Below, one piece after another: positions 23,450 to 36,000 of a stretch of DNA of 64,000 nt; position 1 is the first letter of the stretch; each line of letters starts with the position of its first letter. This stretch comes from Caecitellus pseudoparvulus. Lineage: Eukaryota; Protista; Bigyra: Bicosoecida. Both the position numbers and the translations under genes were made by a program. The DNA lies in NCBI GenBank assembly GCA_965644315.1, contig CBFFRQ010000065.1:310001-374000 (forward strand), read 5' to 3'. The notes under the pieces are model-generated. The model was given only the letters and a program-made list of their open reading frames with translations, was not told the DNA's origin and ran no database searches.

Positions 23450-23786
23450 ACCGCAGGTCAGTCCAGGGGAAGTCTCGGAATTTGCAGCGTGCTCTCCCGG
23501 CTTTCCGCCGGCTCAGGCCAGCTTGGCGGAGTAGCGTGGAAATGCGCAGGCTAGTGCTGAAGGAGGTGAAGAGCTTTGCATGAGGGCATAATTTTGATCG
23601 AACCCAGCAGTGCTAGTCTCACTGCAGAGGGTCTGGCTCACACCATACTTGCCTGCACAGGACCCTGGCAATCAGCCACGTGCGCCCAAAACATATCCCC
23701 CATCCCTCCTCCCAGTTACAACCTGCTGCATCAGTTGAGCAGGCACCAGCGTGGCCGTCTGGCAGCCGTGAGTCACACTCCTTGGC

Positions 23787-25031
23787 ATGGCGCTGGCTGG
23801 CAAGGCAGCAGGGGGCATGCGCTCCGGCGCCCCGAAAGGCACAGACACCGTCTACGCCATCGAGGCAGCCAACCCTGAGCTGGCGGATGTGATTAAGACT
23901 CTAAAGACGACCTATGCAGTGCTGGGGGGGGCGTACGATGACTCCACGAAGGACCTCGACTTGGCAACGTTTGACGGCAGGCGCACGTTCATCCTGGCCG
24001 AGCTGCACAGGGTGCGTGAGCAGGGAGAGCAGAGGCAGAGCCCCCACCTCCCACATGAAGCATGCAGCTTGATCTCGATCGGTGTCTTGAGGCCGGCCAA
24101 GCTGGCGAGGCTCCGCGGCGGCGTGCTTGCCCGCCAGCGAGTGGCGTTTCACTGCACCCTCCCGCCGCCCGCTCGTCTCAGCTTGAGGTGCAGTGTGACA
24201 CGAAGATGAACGCCGGCCTGAACCCCCGCAGCAAAGACTACATCAGGTTGAAGATTCAGATCGAGAAGGGCCTGTCGCAGGTCAAGGGTCACTTTAAGGA
24301 GCTGCACAAGATTGTGCAGGAAGACGCCAAGAAGAAGGTGAGGCCACCGTGACGGCGAAACGCCGGGCACGTGCACCGTCCACGCTGGCTGCCCTGTGCG
24401 CGAGCTTTGCAGAAGCTGGCAGCAGAGGAACAGGGACGCCGAGCAAATGACCTGAAGATGCTGGTGCGCGAAGTGAAGCGCGTGCAGGGGCTGGCCAAGG
24501 GCGAAGTCGTGTCTGGGGCTGACGAGGAGGAGGGCGCGAGCCGGGGAGAGTTCGGCGCCCGGATCATTCGGGCAGGCGACTTGGAGAAGGATGCCAAGCC
24601 CGGTGCCCCCCTGCGCGTGCAGCAGGAGGCCATGACGGGGCAGCAGCAGGCCCAGCTCACCCAAGTGCGGGCGATCATGCAAGAGCAGGACGACATGCTG
24701 GACCAGATCAGCGAAGCGCTGGACGGCTTGAAGGAGACCAGCCAAGCCATCGGCGACGAGCTGACGGCCCAGACACAGATGCTGGCTGACACAGAGGAAC
24801 ACATGGACGAAACTCAGAACAAGCTTGACTCGGTCAAGTGCGTGTGTGCCGCTTACCTGCGTGGTTGCCAGCTCAGACCACGCCTCTCCCCCCGTTCCCC
24901 TGCGCAGCGACCGCTTGGACCAGACGCTGAAGGTTGCCAACTCGAAGAGCACCGCTTTCTGCAGCTACGTCATCTGCATCTTCATTTTGCTGGGCATCGC
25001 CACAGTGCTCTACAATGTCGTGACCGGCTGA
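23787..25031 (+). CDS. Qc-type SNARE (syntaxin-8/SYP7-like); about 4 exons
   Basis: Helical N-terminal domain, SNARE motif EQDDMLDQISEALDGLKETSQAIGDELTAQTQMLADTEEHMD and C-terminal TM FCSYVICIFILLGIATVLYNVV after intron about 24838-24907. Confidence 0.85.
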
Positions 25032-25122
25032 CTGTGAGAGCTCGCTGCGTTGTTTCAATGAATTCCCAAGTGACCCTAGCACCGCCACTTTGCTGAGCCA
25101 GCATTGCGTACCAGGACCCGTC

Positions 25123-28100
25123 TCAGAGAAGCTGGGCAGCAACAGAGCCCGCCGCATGGCTGTGCAGCCACGCCCTGAACGAGGCAAAGTCAATGCGCTG
25201 CGTGCGTTGCTTGTCCACAGCGCGGAAAATGCTGAGAGTCACGTCAATCGCGCGGGCTTGCGCCTCTTCCTGCAGCGGGTCGTGGTTGGGGTCGCAGTCC
25301 CCTTCATCTTCCTCCCCACTACCGCTGCCCTGCTCCTCCTGCATGCGCTGCTTGAAGTGCTGGGTCAGGAAGCCTGCCATCTCGTCCGGCGATACCCAGC
25401 GGCCCGAATCACTCATGGCATTGAACAGCAGCTCCAGCATGAGGATGTTCTCATCGAGGCTAGGAGCACTTGGCTGAGCAGCGGCTGCTGCACCACCAGC
25501 TCCAGAGCTGGACGGCGTCGGCTCCTCGCTGACCAAGCTCGTGATCATGGATGCCGGTGTTTGGCCTCGCTGGGGTGTTCGAGACACCACTGGGTCCTCC
25601 GGCTCATCCTGCAGCCCAGACTTGCCTCGCGGGGTGTGGAACCCAGGGCCACCTGGAGCTGCTGCGGCACTTGTCGGGCTAAGAGTGCTCTCCTGGCCGG
25701 CGGCAGCTGGGTGCCCCTTTCGTGCCTCGTCGCCTGCGAGCAGCTTCGCAGCGTCGAGCGCACCCGCTTCCTGTAGCTGCGCACCTGCCCCCAGAGTGGT
25801 CGTGGCTGCCTGGAGCTGCAGCTCTTCAATGCACTCCCCGATACCCTGGTGGGTCAGTGGGTGTGGCAAATCCCTCACCAGCGCATCAAAGAGTAGTCGC
25901 AAAAGCACCAGTTCCGCTGCGCTGGCAGCCTCGTCCAGGGCTGCGTCAGCCAAGTCCCCCTCAGTGCTGCACCGCTGTGCAGCATGGGCCACTGCCCTGA
26001 CACTGCGCACAAACTCCAGGAAGTCAATTTCGTCGCCCTCGTCCTGCCCATCTCCGCTGGTGCTCCAACGCCCGTGCAAGGCTCTTCCCTCCAACACCGC
26101 ACGCATGAGGTCTGGCGCAACGGATGACAGGCGCAGGGTGTCCACAGCCCGCTGGGCAAACACCATGGACGGAAGGAGGGTTGTGCACTCGATGAAGAAC
26201 TGGGGCAGAGGCGCCTCAGGGCTGCTCGTGAACCACTCAAGGAAGGCTGTGTATGTGACAAACTGTGGTGTGGCGCCACCCTCGCCGGCTGCACCTCCAG
26301 TGTTGGGAGATTCGCCTGAGATAATGCCGATCAACAACGAACCAAGACCAGAAGACAGCGCAAATAACTGGCTGGGGCTCATGCAGGCGAGTTGCAAGCT
26401 CGAGGAGCCAGTTGGGTGATGCGGGGAGACTTTGCTTGGCGCGCCGCCTGCTGCCGCCTCCACCACTTCAGAGAAGGCAGGCTCTTGTCCCAAAGACGAA
26501 AACAGTGCATCGCTGACAGACTGCCGGGCAGACTTTGACGTGCGGTGTCCAGGCTGGGCACCGGGAACCGCCGCTTGCGGCGGTTCCAACGCACTGGGAG
26601 CGTGCCTCTCTAACCATGCTAGCTGGTGCAGCAGAGCAAAGAAGAAGAGGGAGAGGTCAGAAATGGACACACAGCCTTTGTCCTCCTGGTCCAGCAGTAT
26701 CAATGTACTCATCATGGTGCGCTCGTCTGCTGTCGCGCGCCCACAGAACACAGAAGCTGCCAGGGCGCATTCCCATGGCGTGAGCGCATGCGTGCCAGAG
26801 ATGTCCAGGTGGGAAAACAGCTTGTTGGCAGCAACAATGGCATCTACCTTGTCTCCAAACCAGTCTTCAAGTGTGTGCATGTCGTGGCTCTGCTCCCAGG
26901 CGTCCAATGCCGCCACAGCGCTCTGCATGGCAGCGTCAGCATCCAGTCCTCGCTGAGCTGCCACCCCCCCCGGATCAGCAAGCATTTCGCGGGCTGCGAC
27001 GAGAGCTCCAGCGGCACGCATTCGGCGGTTGAAGTCGCCTTGCGACACCGGCCCGTCTTCCCGCATCAACAAGTGCAGGGCATCTAGCATGGGCAGCTTG
27101 TCCAGCCCGATGGCGTGCGCCAACGCGGCAGTTTCACTGGAGAACAGGGCAGCCATGGCGCCCGCCTCAGCAGGGGCAGCAGTAAGTGCGACAGAAGCTG
27201 GTGCCCATGACTGGTCAAGCAGTTGCACCAGGGCTGCGGGGCCAGCAGGGAGAGTTCCCGCCCAGGCTTGCGGGCCACCTCGCAGGAGCCTAGCCACGCG
27301 CTGCGATGCGGGGGACGTCGGTGGGGACCCAGGCTGGACGCCGTCACGTCCTTGGACACCGGCCAGGTGCTGTGCAGATCGCTGGAGGCCGCTGGGAAGG
27401 GCAGGGCGAGCGCTGCGTGTGGCTGGTTGCAGCGCCTCGTATGCCCCCAGCGTTCCGTCTGGAGACGACAGGAGCAGTGCCTCGTCGCGGACAAGGCCTG
27501 CTGCCCAAGCCTCCACAGCATCAAGGACTTGCTGCACATGCGGAAAGGACAGCAGCGTCTCGTCCAGGTCACTGGCTGCGATCTGCAAAGTGTCTGTGAC
27601 GAGGCGTGTGGCCGCCCGGACAGGGTGCAGTGCAATGGTGGCAGGAGGGGGACCGTCGCCACACGCAGATTCAGCAGCAGCATCTGAGCCAGGCAGTACC
27701 CAACTACTCATCATGAGAGGGTGACGGCCGAGAAGCACAGCAGCAGTGTGCACAACACACGCGGCGTGCTGTACCAGGCACGAAGCCAGGATGCCAGCTG
27801 GTGCGTCAGCCTCCTGCAGCTCCCCATCCCCGTACACGCCCATGATGGCGGCAATGGAGCGAGGGTGAGATAGCCGCTGCACGATCAGCTCATCCAGCTC
27901 TGCGGAGGGCATAGTGGACTTGCCCTTCGGTGGAGCGCAGGCCACTTGCAGCACAGAAGCAACAGTGCCAGCGCTGGTTGTCACGCCAGGCACACGCTGC
28001 AGCACAAGTTCCACTTCGGCCCGGGAGAGTTCCCCTCGCAAGCAAAGTACAAGGCTTTCTCGAAGTGTGTCGTTGTTTAGCGGCGAAACAGCCCTGCGAA

Positions 28101-28549
28101 GGTGCTTGTCAGCGTGGGCACTTGCGGAATGAGCTCGTCGCCGCGATGATGGGTGACACGTACAGTACTTCATCCAGCAGCATCAAGAAATCAAAGGCAG
28201 CCAACTTCTCCAGGGCTGCTTTGCATGCGCAGAGTGCCTCACGTCTGGAAGCACCGCCACTCTCCTCGAAACCGGCCACGTTCGAGTCTCCGTCATGCGC
28301 TACTAGGTGCGCTGGCATGCAGACTGGTGTCCCGCTGCAAGGCCGCTGAATGAACTGCTGCAGCGTCAGAACGTGGCCACTTGCATGGCTCAAAATGCCA
28401 GTGATGGAAGCGGCATCCTCGACACCGACAGCGGCCGCCAGGGTCTCCTGCAGGTCCTCTTCGCTCTGGGCAAGCTCCCCCGTGACTGCATTCACACGCA
28501 GTTCGACGGTGACGCTGTGGCCAGCTCTTGTCGTAAGCTCCACCTCCAT
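25123..28549 (-). CDS. Multi EF-hand (degenerate) protein; 2 exons
   Basis: Exon 1 MEVELTT..LLDEVL joins through a GT-AG intron (about 28095-28162) to AVSPLNND. EF-hand-like LFSHLDISGTHALTPWE, LLDQEDKGCVSISDL and IFRAVDKQRTQRIDFASF. Confidence 0.7.
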
Positions 28550-28878
28550 AGCGCACGTTGCGAGGTGAAAGGCACAAACTCAAGCACACCCGAGGGGGGC
28601 ACCTGGCTCTTCGTGGACTGTGTTTTAGGTTTGAGGGCATGCTGATCCTGCACTTCATTTTCGCAAGCCGCGACTTGGCCCCCCCCGACAATAGACCGAG
28701 CAAGCAATCTGGAGGGCACATCAGAACTCTTTGCATCCTGAAGATAGTCCTTGTTGGCTTCCAACGTTACCATCCAAGCTTGACTTTTCAGGCCTAGCTT
28801 GCTGGCGGCTGGACTTGCTGCCAGCATCTGCAGCACCTGGAGTAGTGGCCGTTTTCCGCGTGCAGCCTGAAGCCAGTC

Positions 28879-31800
28879 ATGTCTCTACAAAGGCACTGTA
28901 TCAAGAGCCCAGAAGAGTTGGTGTCTCCCAGCGCCTTTCATGGGGAAGCACAGCGCATCATGGCCTTGCAGCCTGAGGTGGCCAGCCAACAATCCCTGGA
29001 CGTGTCCACTGCCGAGTGAGTGATACACACCGTACGAAGTGTGCAGTTCAGGGCACGCGCACTGTTTCCATTCTACGCAGGGCTTTTGGTGTCCTAACTC
29101 AACTCGGTGGGTGTGGCGCTCTGCTTTGCTCGATGCAGCGCAAGTGTCGCAAGCGACGCTCCACCACGCTCGCAACGCGGGCACTGTGCAGGTGACCTAT
29201 CGGAGTACGCTCATGCAATCATGCAAGGCCTCGTTGACAATATCTCCGATACATCTCAACGCATCCAGAGGACGGGCGCGCGGGTCGAGCGAGTGAGCAG
29301 GCACTTGTCAACGCTCGCTGGGGCAGTGAACGAAGCAGAGGCTGGCCAAGACTTGGCAGATTCGCACGAGGCTGCGGGCGTGGGCACGAAGAAGCGGGCA
29401 CAAGCGCTCTACATTGGAACTGCTGCGCTCCTCTCTGCTTCCACACGTGCGCCATGGTTGCAGGCGGTCATTGATTCCACTGAGCAGCCACCTCCGCTTG
29501 AGCGCTTCGACTACTACTGGCATCTCAGCGGGCAGCAGCCTGGCCAGGCTCGTCCACGCGTGCAGGTGGGCCCTACAGGGCACACGCGAACAAGTAGCAT
29601 TGCCACTATGTCTGACACGGGAAAGTCGGCCAGCTGCTTGTTCAGTGACCCTGGTGCGTGCCTGGCCGCCCTCTCGTGCCGACACCCTGCCTCCACCGAG
29701 CTGCACGCCTTCCCACAGACTTCTTCATGGATGAGTTTGTCCGATATGAATCAGAGCGCATGGACATCTTAGAAGCCGCAAAGAAACAACGGAAGGCGGA
29801 GCGGAAGGCAGCTCGGACGAAGCTGCGCAAAGACTTGGCAGCCGCCCGACGAGCACAGCAGGCAGCCGTGGAAGCTGCGAACATGAACTCATGGCGAGCC
29901 AAGATTGGCAAAGGAAACCACGACTTCTTGCAAGAGGGGCCTGAGAAAGCGGAGGTTGAAGAGGAAGCGGGCCCTGCCCTTGTCTCTGCGGCGGCACGCG
30001 TGCTAGGAGATGCAACGCTGCTTTCTGTGGTCACCCCTGGCGGAGTCATGGCGGGGGACGGAAGAACACGCGTCTCCAGCATTTCTTACACTTGCTCCAC
30101 GCCTCAGTCTGGGTCCTCATTTAGGACCCGCAGGGCATCTTCTGTGGGAGTTGGTCCTATTTCGGTGGTGGAGACGGCAGGTGCAAGGCAAGCTTTCCTT
30201 CCCAAACCAGCTCAAACCAAAGCAGCACAAACGTTTTCAGCAGCAGGTGACAGTGGTCCACCACCCTTGCCATCTCGCACAGTGCCGCCAGTGCCAGTGC
30301 CAGATCCGGCACCAGCAGCAGGTGACAGTGGTCCACCACCCCTGCCATCTCGCACGGTGCCGCCAGTGCCAGTGCCAGCTCCGGCACCAGCAGCAGGTGA
30401 CAGTGGTCCACCACCCTTGCCATCTCGCACGGTGCCGCCAGTGCCAGTGCCAGCTCCAGCTCCGGCACCAGCAGCAGGTGACAGTGGTCCACCACCCTTG
30501 CCATCTCGCACGGTGCCGCCAGTGCCAGTGCCAGCTCCGGCACCAGCAGCAGGTGACAGTGGTCCACCACCCTTGCCATCTCGCACGGTGCCGCCTGTGC
30601 CAGTGCCAGTGCCAGCTCCGGCACCAGCAGCAGGTGACAGTGGTCCACCACCCTTGCCATCTCGCACGGTGCCGCCTGTGCCAGTGCCAGTGCCAGCTCC
30701 GGCACCAGCAGCAGGTGACAGTGGTCCACCACCCTTGCCATCTCGCACGGTGCCGCCAGTGCCAGTGCCAGTGCCAGCTCCGGCACCAGCAGCAGGTGAC
30801 AGTGGTCCACCACCCTTGCCATCTCGCACGGTGCCGCCAGTGCCAGTGCCAGCTCCAGCTCCGGCACCAGCAGCAGGTGACAGTGGTCCACCACCCTTGC
30901 CATCTCGCACGGTGCCGCCAGTGCCAGTGCCAGCTCCAGCTCCGGCACCAGCAGCAGGTGACAGTGGTCCACCACCCTTGCCATCTCGCACAGTGCCGCC
31001 AGTGCCAGTGCCAGCCCCAGCTCCGGCACCAGCAGCAGGTGACAGTGGTCCACCACCCTTGCCATCTCGCACGGTGCCGCCAGTGCCAGTGCCAGCTCCA
31101 GCTCCGGCGCCTGCAGAACTGCCTGTTGGCTATGAGAGGTACCGGCGTTTGTTGAAAATGGGCATGCCAGCTGAGGCTCTTGCCCTGAAGATGGAAGCGG
31201 AGGGGGCGGATCCTTCTGTGTTGGGCATCGGCAACGGAAACTTCGATGTTGGGATGGCGAGCCCTGCATCTCAGGCAACCCCGACATCAACTGCGGCGCC
31301 GGCGCCAGCAGCATCAGTGCCTGCTGGGTATGAGAAGTACGTGCGATTGTTGAAAGTGGGCATGCCAGCTGAGGCTCTTGCCTTGAAGATGCAAGCGGAG
31401 GGGGCGGATCCGTCTGTGCTGGGTATTGATACCGGCAGTTTCGATGTTGGGATGGCGAGCCCTGTATCCCAAGCAGTCCCGACATCAACTGCGGCGCCGG
31501 CTCTAGCAGAATCAGTGCCTGCTGGGTATGAGAAGTACGCACGGCTGTTGAGCATGGGTATGCCCGGGGCTCAGTTGGCTCTGAAGATGCAAGCGGAGGG
31601 GGCGGATCCGTCTGTGATGGGTATTGATGCCGGCAGTTTCGATGCTGGGATGGCGAGACCTGCCCCCAAGGCAGTGCCGCCAGTGCCCACACCTGCAACT
31701 CAGGCAGAAACTGCTGCAGCAGCATCAGTGCCTGCTGGGTATGAGAAGTACGCACGGCTGTTGAGCATGGGTATGCCTGGGGCTCAGTTGGCTCTGAAGA

Positions 31801-32246
31801 TGCAAGCGGAAGGGATGGATCCGTCTGTGCTGGGCATTGATGCCGGCAGTCAATCTGAAGGTCAGCAAGTCAGTTCTGCGACAGCTAAGCCGGTGGGTAG
31901 AAGCGGCCCCTCGGGAACACACGCTGCCCCAGGTGGGTCATCGGTCCCCCCAAGGGGCGGCTTACTGGGCGAGATACAGGCAGGGAAGCCTCTTAGGAAA
32001 GCGAAGCCCGTGGAGAAGCAACCAGAGAAGCCTAAGGCCCCAAGCCTGCTGGATCAAATTCGAGCGGGGAAGAAGCTACGGAAGCGGAGCGAGAAGGAGG
32101 TCGCGGCTGAAAAGAAAGAGAGAGAGGCGGAAGCAGCTGCGGCCGGCGGAGGTGTCATGGCCGCACTGCTGAGGAGGCGGCTTGCACTCATGGGTGATGA
32201 CGACTCTGATTCTGACAGCAGCAGTGATGGCTGGGACTCAGATTGA
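28879..32246 (+). CDS. SCAR/WAVE-family actin nucleation-promoting factor; 4 exons
   Basis: Spliced N-terminus MSLQRHCIK..EAFGVLTQLGDLSEYAHAIMQGL..QPPPLERFD..CLFSDPDFFMDEF (WAVE homology domain), then a basic region, proline-rich repeats, two WH2 motifs (LLGEIQAGKPLRK, LLDQIRAGKKLRK), central motif (VMAALLRRR) and acidic motif (DDDSDSDSSSDGWD). Confidence 0.85.
30240..31113 (+). repeat. Coding tandem repeat, 11 x 75-81 nt (AAGDSGPPPLPSRTVPPVPVPAPAP)
   Basis: Near-identical units starting gcagcaggtgacagtggtccaccacccttgccatctcgcac, with 6-nt indel variants. Confidence 0.97.
31117..31850 (+). repeat. Four about 190-220-nt coding repeats, each with a CCDC53/WASHC3-like motif
   Basis: 4 x PxGYExYxRLLxMGMPxxxLALKMxAEGxDPSVLGI. 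Confidence 0.85.
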
Positions 32247-32279
32247 GAGCGAATGACACCTTGCATTGACACATTGGGC

Positions 32280-32952
32280 CTACACCTCAAGACGGCGCGG
32301 CTTCTTTGCTGAGCCTGTGTGTCGTTGCGGGACTCGAGGCTTCTGTTGGGGTGTTCCTCGGGCTGCAGTCGGCTGGCTACTCTGTGAAGAGTGGGTGCCA
32401 GCGGGAGGAGCGGCAGGGTCTCCAGGTGTGGCAGGCTCTTGTTGCAGCTTGGAGCTTTGCTCCTTCTGTAGCGGCAGCTGTGGTGCTGCTTCAGGCTGCC
32501 AGCCGCGCCACGAACCCCCAACTTTGCGCAAGACCTCTGGGCACTGCGACGGGAGGTGGCCAGCCTCACCGCACTCTCGGCAAAATGTCCCGGAGAAACC
32601 CTCGATGCTGGGCTCAAGCAGTCCCATCTCGAATGCAGCAACCGCTCTCTCTTCATAGCATGTCCCAGAGAGGGCTCCATATGCTGTTTTGTTTGTCTCA
32701 AAATCAGACGGAATCAAAAAATGTTTCTGAGCAGCGTCGGGCCGGGCCACAGTGTCAGGGCAGTGTTGGGCGTGTTGGGCAAGCCTGGCTCACCTTCACC
32801 CAGCTGAATGCTGATCGCATCGCGTCATCCAACTCAGATGCCCCCTTCCCAGTGTATCCGACGCATCTGTGCAGATGATTCGGACTGTACTCGGCCGATT
32901 CCGGCTCGACCAACTCACGCTGTCGCTTCTGGCCTCTGGATGCAGTTGCCAT
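32280..32952 (-). CDS. Small hypothetical protein with CCHC zinc knuckle; 2 exons
   Basis: MATASRGQKRQR..SAFSWVK, then a gtgagc donor, then TNKTAYG..CRECGEAGHLPSQC (CX2CX4HX4C). Confidence 0.6.
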
Positions 32953-33079
32953 CTTGGCGCCAAGCTGGATCACAAATTCCGCACTGCCCCAGTCGACGTT
33001 GGCAGGCTTTGGTGGCGGAGGAGGAAGAAAACGAGTGCTAGCGCAGATCAAACTTGGGAGGCATGAAGAATACATGTAT

Positions 33080-36000
33080 TTACTGGGAGTTTGTGTTGAA
33101 AAGGAGCCAGTGTGCGGGAGCGGCAGCCCCCCCTTGCACATGGGCAGGCTCGGAAACTTCTTGATCTGGCGAGCAAGCTTCCCAAACAACTGGCGCGGAA
33201 AGCGCAGTCCCTTGGGGGATGTGGATGCGGTGAAAAGGCACACGGTCAACTTGACCCTCCCCACCCATTGAGCGCAGCACCCCCCTAGACACTGTGGTGA
33301 CTGCGTCTGCCACGCCTGCAGCAGGCAGCGCCACAGCGCCGACCAAACCCCGTGCGGCTCCGCCGAGCACTGCCGCGACGGAGGAGGTGTCCTGGAGTGG
33401 CAAGGCCACCAAGCCTGACGCGCCTTCGGACAAGCCGGCGGCTATGCTCGACATGCCTGTGGCAAAGCTGCCCAAGATGCCCCCGTCAGGTTGGGAAGTG
33501 GCTCTGCCTCTCGCGGCTTCCTGCGCATGTGCTGCCTCTGGGGTCCGGGCGATCCGGTCCAAGTTCCGTGCCATGGTGACAGACACCCCTGCCATGGCAG
33601 TAAGAACAGCCCCAGCAGCCCCCATGATGCTATTGGGCATGCTGCCTGCAGCTCCTGGCGAGCTCCCCGCTTGCGCCGACGCCCTGTGCAGCAGTTGACG
33701 TGCAGCAGCAGCCTCAGGGGCCGCTGACGTGCTCTCCAGCTCAACGACACGTGCACGGGCGAGGTGGAGAAAATCTGTCCCCAACAAAACTTGAGGAGGA
33801 GAAGGCCTGTTCGGTAAGCACATGGACATCACTTGCAGTGGAGCGAGAGCAACCCTTGCGAGCGCCCCAACGAAGTGAGTGGGGTTGCCGATGGCGTCCA
33901 GCGCCCCAATGACAGCTGGTAACCCAACAAGCACATCAACAGTGACAGCTGCCAAGATTTCTTGCTGAACGCGCCTTAAAGGTGCGTGCGCGTGGGTAAT
34001 TCGAATGGTGGATGTGTGAACGGGCACTTCAGAAAATGTGAGCGAGACTGGTTGTTCCAAGTGCACCGTGGCACTCACATGCACGGGATCTACCCGGAGG
34101 TTGTGCAGGTATACGTAGCTCTCCGGCGTCGGCCGAGGCAGCGGAGGCATCTGAACTGCAGCGCAAAGCATGGAACACTCGCGCAGCATTCGCCGCCAAG
34201 CTTCAGCCTCTCGCTCTGCTTCGCCCTGCAAGCTTGACGCAACGCACGCTTTTACCCTAGCAGCTGCCGTTTCGAAACCATTTTCTTGCAGCCAATCACC
34301 GCAAACACTCCACTGGGTCACGTGGTGCACAGCCAGAGGGGCCGAGGTGTTCGGCTCGACAAGCAGGACCACTGGGCAAAAGACACCAGAGCCCGGCAGG
34401 TGATTGTCAACTTGTAGTCTATCGACAGATCCCGCGAGCCATGACTGCTTCATTGATGCCACAGGTAAGAAGCTCTGCCTCGTATCGGCTGAGGTGAGAA
34501 GGCCTTGGGAGCTTTGTCGAGAGCTGGCTCGCAGGGCCGCACTGATGCCTTGCCCGCTCACATGACACAGGGGGGCCTCTGAAGCACCGAAAACCTTGCA
34601 AGACAGCGATGTGATTGAGGCCTTGGAGAGGTTGCTCGTGCACCTCGCGTGCACGGACCACTGTTCACTGTTCACGCTTGCCCGGGAAAGCTCCTGCGCA
34701 AAGGCAGATTCCGGGGCCACGAAGAGCTGCACTTGACCCTCAGCCCTGGCAAGCCAGCAGGACAGCCGCTGTTGCCCAACAGACACTGTCGTCGCGCTAT
34801 GCATCCACCCAGCCCCGCCAAGAGCACGAGACGCGTCAAGGCACCCTGGGTAGTTCGAAGCATGCAGCTGTCCCCCGGGGACGGAGATGTGTTCAGATGA
34901 CCACGTGACTTCCGAAGAAGAAGGGTCACCAACGCCGAGCTGCAGCTGCGGGTGGCACGCTGGCATGCCTGCTTTGCCCGCTTCATCAAATACTCGCACC
35001 AGCGTCGACTGCCGCTCGAGGATGGCGCCGAGCAGCAGGGATGCTTGATTCCTCGACCGCAGAATGGGATTGCTGAAGGCTGCAAGAAAATGCTGCTGCC
35101 CGCGAGATAGCAAGGCGGGTGAAATCGAAAGTGACTGGTGTGAAGGAACCAGCGCAGTGCCGCCATCTGGGGCACATGATGACATCATCTCCATGGCACT
35201 GTCCACCAGCTCGCCATCAGAGCCTGCACTGCGCACAAGAAGGGGAAAACGGCACAAGTTGTGGACCCGGGTGGGCACTTTCGTGTCTTTACAGGCAAAC
35301 ATCACAAGTTGACCTGTGTCGCTACGCTGCAACAGCGCAATGGAGATGGTTCTCACGACCACCCGCTGCATCTGGTCACTGCCGCCCAGAAAAGGGACTT
35401 GCAAGCGATGAAGCCTGCATGGCGGCACTGGCCCATTCGGTGACCACGCAAATGGTGTCAGCACCGACTGTTGGCCCTGGAAAGTGGGTAAAGAAGGCTG
35501 GCTGTCGCCAGTATTCATGTCAAGCCGCACTGCCCCAGACCAAGTCAAGTCCCCATCGTCAGGTGCGCCCTCACCAGGCGCATCGACGCAGCAAAATGCC
35601 ACTGCGAGGTTTTTCGAGCCTCTGGGACAGCTGCTGAGGCAGGCCACGCCTAGAGCGGGAACTACTTGGGCCGCGCCCTCAGGCATGAACACTTCAAGGT
35701 CGGGCGTCGTGTCAGTTCCAGGGTTAGCAGCAAGTGGAACAGGGGTGCATAGTTGCACATGTAAATCATGCGGAAGCGAGCTGTCAAAGCACAGAAGTGG
35801 CCGGATGCTGACGCAAAGGGTGGGAGTGTGGTTCGCGTGTGTCGGGGAGGCGAGGTGCAGGCACAGCGGAAGGAAGCCAGCATTGTGCCCCGGCAACGGA
35901 AGCTCCACACTGCTGAATCCACATGAACCGCACTGAACTTGTGTCGGTGAACTGGCAGGACTTGTACTGACCCAAAGGCTGATGCCCGCACCTTGGGCTT

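Noticed and set aside
30240-31113. Regularly spaced direct repeats resembling a CRISPR array
   Set aside because: There are no unique spacers and no cas genes, and the repeats are in-frame coding sequence in a eukaryotic gene.
30010-31755. Long alternative-frame and antisense ORFs with Cys/His/Gln-rich or GAGAGTGTG repeats
   Set aside because: They are by-products of the stop-free tandem repeat. Only the frame continuous with the WHD and the WH2-C-A tail has recognisable domains.
32540-32590. CCHC knuckle as evidence for a retrotransposon gag
   Set aside because: No protease, reverse transcriptase, integrase/recombinase or terminal repeats lie nearby.
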